From Candidatus Poribacteria bacterium (GTDB taxonomy: Bacteria > Poribacteria > WGA-4E > WGA-3G): a DNA stretch of 64,000 bases. This document shows positions 19,354-28,924 of this stretch, one piece after another. The translations under genes and the position numbers were made by a program. The notes beneath the pieces are model-generated. The model was not told the DNA's origin and made no database searches. It saw only the letters and a list, made by a program, of their open reading frames with translations. The DNA lies in contig CBDANF010000003.1 in the NCBI GenBank assembly GCA_965197475.1, positions 3,936,001 through 4,000,000 of the forward strand. Direction: 5' to 3'. The first letter of the stretch is position 1. Each line of letters opens with the position of its first letter.

Positions 19354-19637
19354 TAACGTGAGTTCGACTAAGCCTCGTAGGGAATCAACGCCAAATGCGC
19401 TTTGGGCATCCGTCCAAATCAACGCAGCGTGCGCGTATGGCACGCTGCGGGGTAGAACAACGTGAAACCTAACACGCTTTCATGTTTGCGGCGGTTAATT
19501 GTTGGGTTTCGCTATACCTATCCATACGATAGGTGCTGAAACGCATAACTCCTATGAATACTTGGTAGCAGCAGATTGTTTTTTACCGCTCTACCCAACC
19601 TACAATACACTTGAATTCTTATTTCAAACTCACGTTA
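19354..19637. mobile_element. MITE-like element with TAACGTGAGTT ends and nested REP hairpins
   Basis: TAACGTGAGTTCGA (19354-19367) and TCAAACTCACGTTA (19624-19637) are 13/14 inverted; several internal hairpins such as GCAGCGTGC...GCACGCTGC. Confidence 0.65.
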
Positions 19638-19639
19638 TA

Positions 19640-20524
19640 TTACCTTTGTTTGTAACGTAATGCAAGATGTTCGGCATCTGCCCAATTGGGTTGGTTCTGA
19701 GCGTAGTGAAATAGATACTGTTGTGCATACCCGACAAATTCACCGAAGTAATTTTTGGCAAATTCACAAATCTCGCGCGATGTTGAGCGTTTGCGAAGAT
19801 ATATTTGCTCAAAAATTCGCTTTATCCAAACATCAACAGGCAATGCTTCAAGGTGTCCAAGCGAAAAAAGACAGATGCAATCTGCGACTTTTTCGCCGAT
19901 TCCCTGCAATTTCATTAATTCATGTTTTGCTTCTGTGTAAGGCATCTGCTTTAACACATCAAGCACAAGTTCTCCGTTGACAATGTTGCGTGCTGCATTC
20001 CATAGATAACTCGCGCGATACCCAGTGCCACAAGCAAAAATTTCATCAACTCCTGCATCAGCCAACGTTTGTGGTGTTGGAAAAGTATAATCCACATAAC
20101 TTTCAAACACCAACTTTCTTCCGAAACGTTCAGAAAGCGATCGGATAATGCTGCGGATACGCGCCATGTTATTATTTTGCGACAAGATAAATGATGCGAT
20201 AGTTTCCCATAACTCCTGATTCAGAAGACGCATTCCCCAGAACCGATCAATTGCACGATCAATATAGGCATCAACGTTGACTTCTGCTAAAATTGATGCT
20301 AATTCTCGGTGTAAGTCGAGATAATGGGACAGGTGTGTTGTAAAAATTGGTTCGTCTTCGTCTTTAGAACTATCTATAATTAAGGTATCGCCGTTTTGTT
20401 GGATTTTGAGTATCCGTCCCTCAACGACACCGAAATATGCAGCATCCACCCGGTTCCATCGAAATGATTGCCCAGATTCTAAAGTATATTTAAGGTTAAA
20501 ATCTGTAACGTTATCTATTTTCAT
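19640..20524 (-). CDS. 8-oxoguanine DNA glycosylase (OGG-like, HhH-GPD)
   Basis: TLESGQSFRW, SQNNN, GYRA, LQGIGEKVADCICLF, PVDVW, GYAQQYLF. Confidence 0.9.
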   Translation of the reverse strand: MKIDNVTDFNLKYTLESGQSFRWNRVDAAYFGVVEGRILKIQQNGDTLIIDSSKDEDEPIFTTHLSHYLDLHRELASILAEVNVDAYIDRAIDRFWGMRLLNQELWETIASFILSQNNNMARIRSIIRSLSERFGRKLVFESYVDYTFPTPQTLADAGVDEIFACGTGYRASYLWNAARNIVNGELVLDVLKQMPYTEAKHELMKLQGIGEKVADCICLFSLGHLEALPVDVWIKRIFEQIYLRKRSTSREICEFAKNYFGEFVGYAQQYLFHYAQNQPNWADAEHLALRYKQR

Positions 20525-20659
20525 GAGCACTCTTACACAAATTATATGTTAAAACACAACAAAATGCAAGTGTTAAATAAAAAATTAATTGAAAAATTTG
20601 CTACTATAGGGTATCATTAACATGCAGTATAATTCAAAAATAAAGGAGAAATATTACGC

Positions 20660-22639
20660 ATGATCATCTTTCTACGGGAAAAATTTATAGCCCAAATCTT
20701 TATGTGGGTTATCGCTGTTGTCTTTGTCATAGTCACAATATTTATTGGTCTTGATTTTCAACGGAAAGAAGGGACTGAGAAAGAGGTCGTTCTCAAAATT
20801 GATGCGTTAGAAGTGACCAGAGGTAGTTTTGAAGAGAGGATATCACAGGAAATGCGGTCTCAACAGAACCAACGGTTTGGAGGACAATCTGACCGGAAAC
20901 AAACGCAAAAAAAAATCATTGCTACCTTGATCAAACGTGTTATTGAAGGTAGTGTTAATATTAGCGACGCAGAGATTAAACGTTATATCCGAAGCGATGA
21001 AAACCTTCTCCAACAGTATAATCAATTAGGATATGAGGGCGCAAATTACTTAAAAGAGCAAGTGCGTTTCTATCTCAGTGCAACAGCACTTCGGGATAGT
21101 ATCCAAGAGCTTGAATTGGTAACCGATATTGAAGCTGAACAAGCTTATCGGCTTGAGGCGGACAAGGCAAAGGTAAAATTCATTGAATTTCGACACAGCG
21201 ACTATATTTCGACTGTTAACGTAGATGATGCAGAAGCGGAAGTGTACTTTCAGGAAAACCAGGAAGAGTATAAAACGGAGGAACAAGTAAACATAAGGTT
21301 TATCAGGGTTAACCCTGCTGACTTCGTCTCACAGTCGGATATAGAAACGTATTACACTGAAAATCAAAACGAATTTTTAGAACCGGAGATTGAAGCAGTC
21401 AAAGCACGGCACATCTTGAAAAAGTTCCCCGATAACGCCACCGATGAACAAAAAGCGGAAACGAAAACGGCAGCAGAAGAATTGCTTAAAACTGTCAAAG
21501 CGGAATTAGAGGCGGGAACACCGTTTGCAGATTTGGCGAAAGAACATTCAGACGGCCCCTCAAAAGAAAATGGCGGTGCTTTGAGAGGACGTAATCCAAA
21601 ACTTCCGCCCGGAGACTATTTTGCCCGTGGAGACATGGTAAAACCCTTTGAAGAAGCCTGTTTTGACACATTAAACCCAGGAGAAGTTAGTGATCTGATT
21701 GAAACCTCTTTCGGGTACCACATTATTCAATTGGAAGAAAGAAAAGAGCCGGTGCTTCAATCCTTCCCTCAGGTGGAAAGCGAAATTCGGGAAAAACTGG
21801 TTCAAATCAATGGTGTGGAGAACGCGGAGAATATCGCAAATAATCTCTTGTTTGATATTGAGGTTGAAGACTATGAAACCGCAATTGGGCTTGATAGGTA
21901 TAAGGAACTATCACTTGCTGTGGGAGAAACAGATTTTTTCAGTAAAGATGTTAGAGAAATTCCAAATATCGGATTGAACGGGCTTTACGGAGGATTGACT
22001 ACGGAACTTTTTGACATGGAAGTAGGCGTGACAAAAACAATCGAAACGAAGAGATTCGGCGGAAACGTTACAGCCTATTTTGTTGCAACTGTTCTTGGAA
22101 AGAAACCTGCTGCTATTCCTGAATTTGAGGACGTTAAAGTAGATGTTATTGACAATTTGCGTCAGAAAAAAGCCAAAGAGAATGCTTTAGTGGATGCACA
22201 AAATCTGTTTAATCAACGCACAGGTAGTGAGTCGTTAGATGACTTAGTAAAAAAATATAAAGCACCTGAAGGTACAACTGCAGACCAAAAGTCTGTTCAA
22301 GAGAGCAGCCTTTTTAATCTTAATCCAAGAAGACACTACGTTTCTGGTATGGGCGACTCAAAGGAAGTGATGTTTGCTGCCTTTAAAATGTCTGTGGGTG
22401 ATGTCAGTGGACCATTTATAGGTGACGAATCGGTTACAGGTGACGTATCGGTTTACATCATTGAATTAGTCGAACGCGTAGAACCGGATGTAGAATTATT
22501 CCGAACGGATCCTGCCCAAAAAACACAGCGTTTTCAAACAATCCTTCAGCAGAAGAAAAAGGATGCTTACGAGAATTGGTTTGCTTCACGTAAAAAGGTA
22601 ATAGACGCGAATATCTGGATCCATGAGGACTATCGCTAA
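20660..22639 (+). CDS. PpiD/SurA-like membrane-anchored parvulin peptidyl-prolyl isomerase
   Basis: N-terminal TM segment, SurA-N-like region, ARHIL...FADLAKEHSD...MVKPFEEACF...TSFGYHII rotamase domain. Confidence 0.85.
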   Translation: MIIFLREKFIAQIFMWVIAVVFVIVTIFIGLDFQRKEGTEKEVVLKIDALEVTRGSFEERISQEMRSQQNQRFGGQSDRKQTQKKIIATLIKRVIEGSVNISDAEIKRYIRSDENLLQQYNQLGYEGANYLKEQVRFYLSATALRDSIQELELVTDIEAEQAYRLEADKAKVKFIEFRHSDYISTVNVDDAEAEVYFQENQEEYKTEEQVNIRFIRVNPADFVSQSDIETYYTENQNEFLEPEIEAVKARHILKKFPDNATDEQKAETKTAAEELLKTVKAELEAGTPFADLAKEHSDGPSKENGGALRGRNPKLPPGDYFARGDMVKPFEEACFDTLNPGEVSDLIETSFGYHIIQLEERKEPVLQSFPQVESEIREKLVQINGVENAENIANNLLFDIEVEDYETAIGLDRYKELSLAVGETDFFSKDVREIPNIGLNGLYGGLTTELFDMEVGVTKTIETKRFGGNVTAYFVATVLGKKPAAIPEFEDVKVDVIDNLRQKKAKENALVDAQNLFNQRTGSESLDDLVKKYKAPEGTTADQKSVQESSLFNLNPRRHYVSGMGDSKEVMFAAFKMSVGDVSGPFIGDESVTGDVSVYIIELVERVEPDVELFRTDPAQKTQRFQTILQQKKKDAYENWFASRKKVIDANIWIHEDYR

Positions 22640-23703
22640 TTCAGGATGTCATAGAAAAAGTTTCTACGTTTTGGAACATATCCCAATTCAGAGATTGTCC
22701 GTTCAATTTCTTCTATCGGCATGCAATAAACGGTACCTGCTTTACTGACAACGTTTTCTTCTATCATCGTTCCACCCATATCATTGGCACCGAACTTGAG
22801 TGAGAGTTGACCAATTTTGGGTCCCTGCGTAACCCATGACGATTGGAAGTTGTCAATATTATCCAGAAATAAACGGGAGATTGCTAAGGTCTTGAGATAT
22901 TCAAAACTGCCTGCGGGTGGGATGTGTGCAAGTTCGGTGTTGCTTGGTTGAAATGACCAGCAAATAAATGCTGTGAACCCGCCGGTTTCATCTTGAAGAT
23001 CACGCAGCCGCATTAGGTGTTCCACGCGTTCAGCATAACTCTCAACGTGTCCATACATCATGGTAGCACTGGACTTGAGACCGACATTATGCCCCTGCCT
23101 CATAACTTCAAGCCATTCGTCCGCTGTACATTTTTTGGGACTAATTTCGTTCCGGGCGTGATCAGTTAGGATTTCAGCACCGCCACCAGGGATAGAGTCA
23201 AGTCCAGCATCTCGAAGGCGAATGAGTGTTTCCCGCAAAGGCATCTTATTAATCTTGGCGAACCAATCTAATTCTGGGGGCGAAAATCCGTGAACATGGA
23301 TTTTGTAGTTGGCTTTTATCCAACGGAGCAAGTTTTCATACCATTCCAATTTGAGTTTCGGATGTAGTCCCCCTTGCATGAGAATAAGTTCGCCACCTAA
23401 ATCAAGGGTTTCTTGGATTTTTTGTCCGAGTACTTCACGCTCCATGACATAAGCATCAGGGTCTTTTCGGTGGCGGTAGAAGGCGCAAAATTCGCAATCA
23501 ACATAACACCAATTGGTGTAGTTAACGTTTCTATCAACAATGTAAGTTATGTAGCCTTCTGGATGTTTTCGGTGGCGGATAACATCTGCGGCGTGCCCTA
23601 ACGGTAGTAGGTCATGGCTTTTAAAAAGTGTTAGTGCGTCATCAAAGTTTAATCGGTCCCCTGCAAGTACCTTTTCCAAAATGATTTTTACGGTATTTTC
23701 CAT
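22636..23703 (-). CDS. mqnC: Cyclic dehypoxanthine futalosine synthase (radical SAM)
   Basis: DRNVNYTNWCYVDCEFCAFYR, QGGLHP, SIPGGGAEIL, SSWVTQGPK, MIEENVV. Confidence 0.9.
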   Translation of the reverse strand: MENTVKIILEKVLAGDRLNFDDALTLFKSHDLLPLGHAADVIRHRKHPEGYITYIVDRNVNYTNWCYVDCEFCAFYRHRKDPDAYVMEREVLGQKIQETLDLGGELILMQGGLHPKLKLEWYENLLRWIKANYKIHVHGFSPPELDWFAKINKMPLRETLIRLRDAGLDSIPGGGAEILTDHARNEISPKKCTADEWLEVMRQGHNVGLKSSATMMYGHVESYAERVEHLMRLRDLQDETGGFTAFICWSFQPSNTELAHIPPAGSFEYLKTLAISRLFLDNIDNFQSSWVTQGPKIGQLSLKFGANDMGGTMIEENVVSKAGTVYCMPIEEIERTISELGYVPKRRNFFYDILN

Positions 23704-23783
23704 TCGTTTTATTATCCTTCCACGTGTTCAGTTACGTCAATAATACAATTTTACCATTTTACCAAGGACATGTCAAAATTAAT

Positions 23784-23812
23784 TTGACTTCACATAAGAA
23801 TTTCGGTATAAT
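23784..23812 (+). promoter_or_regulatory. Sigma70-type promoter of rpoZ
   Basis: TTGACT-17 bp-TATAAT. Confidence 0.7.
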
Positions 23813-23848
23813 TATACAATGAGGTCTTGAATAAATGGAGAGAAAATA

Positions 23849-24271
23849 ATGGCAATTATCTACCTTGAAGATTTGGTCAAACATGTGCCAAACAAATATC
23901 TGGCAGTAAACGTTATCGCAAAACGCGCCCGTGCTTTGAATGATGAACTGATTGGAGCGGGGTTAACCAAAAAGCAGAAACCTGTCTCTATCGCAACTGA
24001 AGAATTGGCTTCGGGTGAATTGTCATACCAAAAACTTGATCCAAAAGCTGTGGAACCTGAAATTAAGTCTATCTTTACTTCTGAATCTGACGGTTATGAT
24101 GCGGTAGAAGGAGATGAACATATTGCTGAACTCTTCGGTGAGAGTCCGACTGAGGACACAGATGCGGATGCCGAAGACACTGAAGTTTCTGTAGATGCCG
24201 AGAACGCTGATGCTGCAACATCTCCTGATGTGGAGAACGCTGATGTTGAAGCAGATGCTGATGTAACGTAA
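23849..24271 (+). CDS. rpoZ: RNA polymerase omega subunit with long acidic C-terminal tail
   Basis: NKYLAVNVIAKRARAL...KPVSIATEELASG omega signature, followed by a D/E/A-rich tail. Confidence 0.85.
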   Translation: MAIIYLEDLVKHVPNKYLAVNVIAKRARALNDELIGAGLTKKQKPVSIATEELASGELSYQKLDPKAVEPEIKSIFTSESDGYDAVEGDEHIAELFGESPTEDTDADAEDTEVSVDAENADAATSPDVENADVEADADVT

Positions 24272-24296
24272 AGATAGCGAACAGATAAGATTTTGC

Positions 24297-24325
24297 TTGA
24301 CAAATACCCTTAAAGTATGTATACT
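24297..24325 (+). promoter_or_regulatory. Sigma70-type promoter of the tRNA/rpmG cluster
   Basis: TTGACA-17 bp-TATACT. Confidence 0.7.
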
Positions 24326-24422
24326 TTAAGGGTGAATATTGTAATGCCTCAGAAGTTTTTAGGAATGTGTATGAGAGGTGATAGGACATTTCACTGATAA
24401 GTGAAGAGAGGAACGGTTGAGT

Positions 24423-24494
24423 GCTGACGTGGCTCAATGGTAGAGCAAGTGATTTGTAATCACTAGGTTGGAGGTTCGATTCCTCTCGTCAGCT
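24423..24494 (+). tRNA. tRNA-Thr(TGT)
   Basis: GCTGACG acceptor, anticodon arm AGTGA-TTTGTAA-TCACT, GGTTCGATTCC. Confidence 0.93.
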
Positions 24495-24502
24495 TCCAAT
24501 TT

Positions 24503-24584
24503 GGGGGTGTGCTTGAGCGGTCAAAAAGGGCAGACTGTAAATCTGTTGGCTACGCCTACGGCGGTTCGAATCCGTCCGCCCCCA
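24503..24584 (+). tRNA. tRNA-Tyr(GTA)
   Basis: GCAGA-CTGTAAA-TCTGT anticodon arm, variable arm, GGTTCGAATCC. Confidence 0.93.
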
Positions 24585-24595
24585 TTCGGTTTTAT

Positions 24596-24668
24596 GCGGG
24601 AGTAGCTCAGCTGGTAGAGCATTGGCCTTCCAAGCCATGCGTCGCGGGTTCGAATCCCGTCTCCCGCT
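24596..24668 (+). tRNA. tRNA-Gly(TCC)
   Basis: GCGGGAG acceptor, TGGC-CTTCCAA-GCCA anticodon arm, GGTTCGAATCC. Confidence 0.93.
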
Positions 24669-24686
24669 TGTGACACACTATGACTT

Positions 24687-24762
<76 letters not shown>

Positions 24763-24790
24763 CCTATAAATACGTAAGGCAGGAAAAATT

Positions 24791-24943
24791 ATGCCCAGAG
24801 ACATTGTGACTTTAGCATGTGACACATGCAAACAACGAAATTATGTAACAACACGCAATCGGCGGACACAGCAGGATCGGTATGAACGTAAGAAGTATTG
24901 TCGTTTCTGCCGGAAGCATACCCTCCATAAGGAGATTAGGTAA
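24791..24943 (+). CDS. rpmG: 50S ribosomal protein L33 (zinc-binding type)
   Basis: Manual translation [50 protein letters not shown]; below the ORF track cutoff. Confidence 0.95.
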   Translation: MPRDIVTLACDTCKQRNYVTTRNRRTQQDRYERKKYCRFCRKHTLHKEIR

Positions 24944-24953
24944 ATTATTCCAC

Positions 24954-25027
24954 AGGCCAGTAGCTCGAACTGGTAGAGCGCCGGTCTCCAAAACCGGATG
25001 TTGGGGGTTCGAATCCCTCCTGGCCTG
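24954..25027 (+). tRNA. tRNA-Trp(CCA)
   Basis: AGGCCAG acceptor, CCGGT-CTCCAAA-ACCGG anticodon arm; canonical position between rpmG and secE. Confidence 0.93.
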
Positions 25028-25036
25028 CCTTGTATC

Positions 25037-25411
25037 ATGATAGCACGAATTAAAAATTATATTCAGAATATTATTTTGGAATGGCAAAAGGTGTCTAAAC
25101 CCGACTTGGATCAGGTGCGCGGCAGTACAATTGTCGTTTTAATTGCTTCTGCAATGTTAGGGGTTTTCATCTGGTTGGTTGACGGAAATACTGGAAGTCC
25201 TATTTGGGACTGGCCTGTTAATTTGGTTCTTGTTGCAATCCCGATCGCAGTGTTTGTTCTTAGTAAAGGCTTAGAAAACCGACGGTTGCTCGCCACTGCT
25301 GTAGCGTGCATTCCTATCGTCGTTGTTCTTATTAGTCAATACATTTTTAAACCTGATGATCCGCTTAAAGGGTTCGGGATGTCATTTTTAAGAAATATAT
25401 TCCTCCGTTAA
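25037..25411 (+). CDS. secE: Preprotein translocase SecE with C-terminal extra TM segments
   Basis: YIQNIILEWQKVSKP...STIVVLI...IWLVD SecE core; synteny with tRNA-Trp and nusG. Confidence 0.85.
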   Translation: MIARIKNYIQNIILEWQKVSKPDLDQVRGSTIVVLIASAMLGVFIWLVDGNTGSPIWDWPVNLVLVAIPIAVFVLSKGLENRRLLATAVACIPIVVVLISQYIFKPDDPLKGFGMSFLRNIFLR

Positions 25412-25585
25412 CTTAAATAAGAATATGCAACTCGGTGTGGTGTCTATGGCAAACTCCACATCCAGTTTGTGCTTACGATATTGACAGTGGCAGAAAAGGT
25501 AATTCGATTAAGCCTTAACAAATTGCTTAAGTTTTACTTCCGACATTGTTTCTTCAGTTGGCTCATAGAGCAATAGGAATTGATC

Positions 25586-26158
25586 ATGACTGGCTATTGG
25601 TATATTGTTCAGGTTTACACTGGACACGAAAAGAAAATACAGTCTAATCTTGAGAGACGTCTCTCGTCTGATTCGGATGTTGATAAGGAACTACAGGACG
25701 AAATCCTACAGATTAACGTGCCTATCTCCACTACCGTTAAGAATGAGGACGGAAAACGAAAGATCCGGAGCGGTCCAACTTATCCGGGGTATGTTCTTAT
25801 TAACTCTCAGCATGAAATTGGTCCGCATGCAGAAAATTCGATCGGACAAAAAAGTTGGGCATTTGTTCAAGACACTCCTGGTGTCATGCAATTTTTGGGA
25901 AATGCCAATCCAATTCCACTGAGTTCGGAAGATGTAGAACGGATGTTGGAAAGTTCAACCGTTGAGGAAACAACACCTGTGCCAGAGGTGGTGTACTCTG
26001 TTGGTGATAAAGTTCGTGTTATTGAGGGGCCTTTCAGTTCCTTCACTGCTGAGATCCTTGGAATTGATATGCAACGTCAACGATTAAATCTTTCTATTAC
26101 AATCTTTGGACGATCAACACCACTTGAATTGGGATTCATGGGTGTTGAGAGGCTCTAA
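25586..26158 (+). CDS. nusG: Transcription termination/antitermination factor NusG
   Basis: WYIVQVYTGHE, YPGYVL, TPGVMQF, KOW GDKVRVIEGPF, IFGRSTPLEL. Confidence 0.96.
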   Translation: MTGYWYIVQVYTGHEKKIQSNLERRLSSDSDVDKELQDEILQINVPISTTVKNEDGKRKIRSGPTYPGYVLINSQHEIGPHAENSIGQKSWAFVQDTPGVMQFLGNANPIPLSSEDVERMLESSTVEETTPVPEVVYSVGDKVRVIEGPFSSFTAEILGIDMQRQRLNLSITIFGRSTPLELGFMGVERL

Positions 26159-26188
26159 TTATTTGGAAGATATGGAGTAGTAAACAAA

Positions 26189-26611
26189 ATGGCAAAAAAA
26201 GTGGCAGGTGAAGTCAAACTTCAGTTGGTATCTGGGCAGGCAACTCCGCAGCCGCCGGTTGGTCCGAGTCTTGCACCTTATATGATTAACCTGCAGGAAT
26301 TTATCAAATCCTTCAATGCACAGACGCAGCAGCAAAGTGGCATGATTGTTACCACTATTATTACATGCTATAGTGACCGATCTTTTTCATTTGCAGTCAA
26401 ATCTCCGCCAGCGGCAGTTTTGCTCAAATCTGCCGCGAAAATTGCCAAAGGGTCTGGAGAACCGAATCGGAATAAGGTCTCAACTGTTACTATAGATCAG
26501 ATTCGCGAGATTGCCCAAACGAAATTACCTGATCTCAATACAACAGATATAGAAGCCGCTATGCGAATGGTTGAAGGTACCGCACGAAGTATGGGTTTAA
26601 CAATTAACTGA
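26189..26611 (+). CDS. rplK: 50S ribosomal protein L11
   Basis: [26 protein letters not shown]. Confidence 0.97.
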   Translation: MAKKVAGEVKLQLVSGQATPQPPVGPSLAPYMINLQEFIKSFNAQTQQQSGMIVTTIITCYSDRSFSFAVKSPPAAVLLKSAAKIAKGSGEPNRNKVSTVTIDQIREIAQTKLPDLNTTDIEAAMRMVEGTARSMGLTIN

Positions 26612-26621
26612 TACGCAGGTC

Positions 26622-26664
26622 TGGTATAGTGGCGTGAGAGACGTAGACACGGATCTCCATACCA
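26622..26664 (+). promoter_or_regulatory. Possible L1-binding leader hairpin before rplA
   Basis: TGGCGTGAGAG...CTCCATACCA stem with an internal loop in the rplK-rplA spacer, where L1 autoregulatory sites occur in several phyla. Confidence 0.35.
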
Positions 26665-26697
26665 GAAAAGTGTATTTGAGATTACTTGGAGAACAAT

Positions 26698-27396
26698 ATG
26701 GCGAAAAATGGAAAACGCTATCGTGATATTCAGCAACATGTTGAGAGACTTAAATTTCACACTGTAGATGAAGCTATATCTCTTTTAAAAAAGACGAGCA
26801 CAGCGAAGTTTGATGAAACTGTTGATTTAGCTTCGCGTCTTGGTGTAAATGCGACAATCGCTGAACAGAATATCCGTGGCACAGTTGCGCTTCCGCACGG
26901 CACCGGTAAATCTGTTCGTGTTGTTGTATTTGCCGAAGGTGACAAAGCGCGTGAAGCTGAGGAAGCAGGTGCTGACTTTGTCGGAACCGATGATTTAGTT
27001 GACAAAATCGTTGATGGTTGGCTTGATTTTGATGCAACAATTGCTACGCCAGACCTAATGCGGAGTATTATGCCAAAGCTAGGGCGAATTCTCGGACCGC
27101 GCGGGTTAATGCCTAATCCAAAAGCGGGCACCGTGACAATGGATGTATCCGAAACACTGCAGAATATCAAAGCGGGACAGATTGAATACCGAGTTGAGCG
27201 TGCATCCGGTATTGTGCACGTCCCAATAGGAAAAGTTTCGTTTGATGAGCCACAGATTAAGGATAACCTTAACACTGTCATGGACGCACTCGTCAAGGCA
27301 CGTCCTGCAGCTACAAAAGGTCGATATATTAGAAGTGTTGCTATTTCCTCCACGATGGGTGTTGGCATCCGAATTGATCCCCAACAATTTGTGTAA
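26698..27396 (+). CDS. rplA: 50S ribosomal protein L1
   Basis: [39 protein letters not shown]. Confidence 0.97.
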   Translation: MAKNGKRYRDIQQHVERLKFHTVDEAISLLKKTSTAKFDETVDLASRLGVNATIAEQNIRGTVALPHGTGKSVRVVVFAEGDKAREAEEAGADFVGTDDLVDKIVDGWLDFDATIATPDLMRSIMPKLGRILGPRGLMPNPKAGTVTMDVSETLQNIKAGQIEYRVERASGIVHVPIGKVSFDEPQIKDNLNTVMDALVKARPAATKGRYIRSVAISSTMGVGIRIDPQQFV

Positions 27397-27487
27397 TTAG
27401 TGAAATCGTATTAATATTGGAGATGCACGTTAGCTACAAGACGTTGCATATTTTAAGGAACCAGACGACAAATTCCGTAAAACAGAA

Positions 27488-27628
27488 TAGAGTTGTAGAG
27501 AGTAGGAGCCATTGGCTTAATTACCTACCGAGACTCGGATATGGTTAGAAAGCATCCGTCTCATTTAAGACGGAATCAGTTTTTAGCATCCGTAGTTAGG
27601 TAAGCCTCCAGGTCTCTGGGGGTTTTTC
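27488..27628 (+). promoter_or_regulatory. L10 ribosomal protein leader with terminator hairpin
   Basis: GTAGAGAGTAGG...TTAA..CCTACCGAG resembles the L10-leader core; AAGCCTCCAG...CTGGGGGTTTTT hairpin with U tract precedes rplJ. Confidence 0.7.
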
Positions 27629-27670
27629 TATTTCTGGACGGAGTGGTCAAGATGTGAAAGGAGCTAACCT

Positions 27671-28237
27671 ATGCCGAATGAAGCAAATGTTCAGCAGGTT
27701 GGACAAATTCGTGAGCTTTTTGAAAGCTCGGACGTTATTCTTTTGACAGACTTTCAAGGACTGTCCGTGGCAGAGGTGAATGATTTACGTCAGCAGTTAC
27801 GCGCCGCGAACATTCAATATAAAGTCTGTAAGAATACATTAATTAACGTTGTTGCGCAAGAAAAAGAAATCGAAGGTCTTGCGCCATATTTAAAAGGTAA
27901 TACCGCACTTGCAGCGAGCGATGACCCCGCAATCTCTAGTAAAATTCTACTTGAGTTTAGTGAGGAACATGAGAGTTTACAAATTAAAGGTGGCATCCTT
28001 GGAAAACAGGTTGTAGACGCGGATGCAGTTAAAGCTCTCAAGGATATGCCTTCAAGAGAGGTATTGATAGGTCAGGTTATCGGAGGCATCAGTGATCCGC
28101 TGTATGGACTTGTTGGGGTCCTGAATAACGGGTCACCAATGACGCGGTTTGTTAATGTGCTTAGTAATACAATAGGTCAGGTGACATCTGTGCTAACACA
28201 GATCACCGAACAGAAGAAAGCAGCCGAAGAGGCATAA
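27671..28237 (+). CDS. rplJ: 50S ribosomal protein L10
   Basis: DFQGLSVAEVNDLR, VCKNTL, LKGNTALA, MPSRE. Confidence 0.95.
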   Translation: MPNEANVQQVGQIRELFESSDVILLTDFQGLSVAEVNDLRQQLRAANIQYKVCKNTLINVVAQEKEIEGLAPYLKGNTALAASDDPAISSKILLEFSEEHESLQIKGGILGKQVVDADAVKALKDMPSREVLIGQVIGGISDPLYGLVGVLNNGSPMTRFVNVLSNTIGQVTSVLTQITEQKKAAEEA

Positions 28238-28267
28238 CCATATTCAGATTAAGAAAGGATTTTAACA

Positions 28268-28666
28268 ATGGCAGATATAGAAAAATTGATAGATGAAATT
28301 AGCGAGATGACTGTTCTGGAGCTCTCCGAGTTGGTAAAAGCATTGGAAGAAAAATTTGGTGTGAGTGCTTCTGCTATGCCAGCGATGGCAATGCCAGGAG
28401 TAATGCCAGCGGCAGGTGGTGCTGCAGAAGCTGAAGAGGCTGAAGAAGCTGAGAAAACCGAATTTGATGTCCAAATCAAAGAAATCGGTGGACAGAAAAT
28501 TCCTCTTATTAAAGAAGTTCGCGCCATTACTGGGCTCGGTTTGAAGGAAGCAAAAGAAAAGGTTGAATCTGCACCTGTTGCTGTCCAAGAGGGTGTCAGC
28601 AAAGAAGAAGCTGAGAAAACCAAAGAGAAACTTGAAGCGGTCGGCGCAGTCGTAGAGATTGTATAA
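28268..28666 (+). CDS. rplL: 50S ribosomal protein L7/L12
   Basis: [35 protein letters not shown]. Confidence 0.97.
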   Translation: MADIEKLIDEISEMTVLELSELVKALEEKFGVSASAMPAMAMPGVMPAAGGAAEAEEAEEAEKTEFDVQIKEIGGQKIPLIKEVRAITGLGLKEAKEKVESAPVAVQEGVSKEEAEKTKEKLEAVGAVVEIV

Positions 28667-28715
28667 TGTGAGTCATCGCCTTCGGACAATGGAGGCATAT
28701 TTATAAAGTGAACTT

Positions 28716-28871
28716 ATACCATTTCTAATATATAATGTCTCATTTGCGGAGGAATATTGTAGGAGCGACCTCCTGGTCGCGACCGGGAGGTCGCTCCTAC
28801 AGAAGAAAGTTCCTTCATCTGACAAAAACAGTTGAATTCCTTAATGAGACAATATTAAATAGAATTGGTAT
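28716..28871. mobile_element. MITE-like element with central 44-bp REP palindrome
   Basis: ATACCATTTCTA / TAGAATTGGTAT ends (11/12), subterminal TGTCTCATT / AATGAGACA, centre TGTAGGAGCGACCTCCTGGTCGCGACCGGGAGGTCGCTCCTACA (28758-28801). Confidence 0.7.
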
Positions 28872-28924
28872 TACGCTAACCCCATTATGGTCGCAAACTG
28901 TAATGGGGTTTCCCTTTCAAACAG

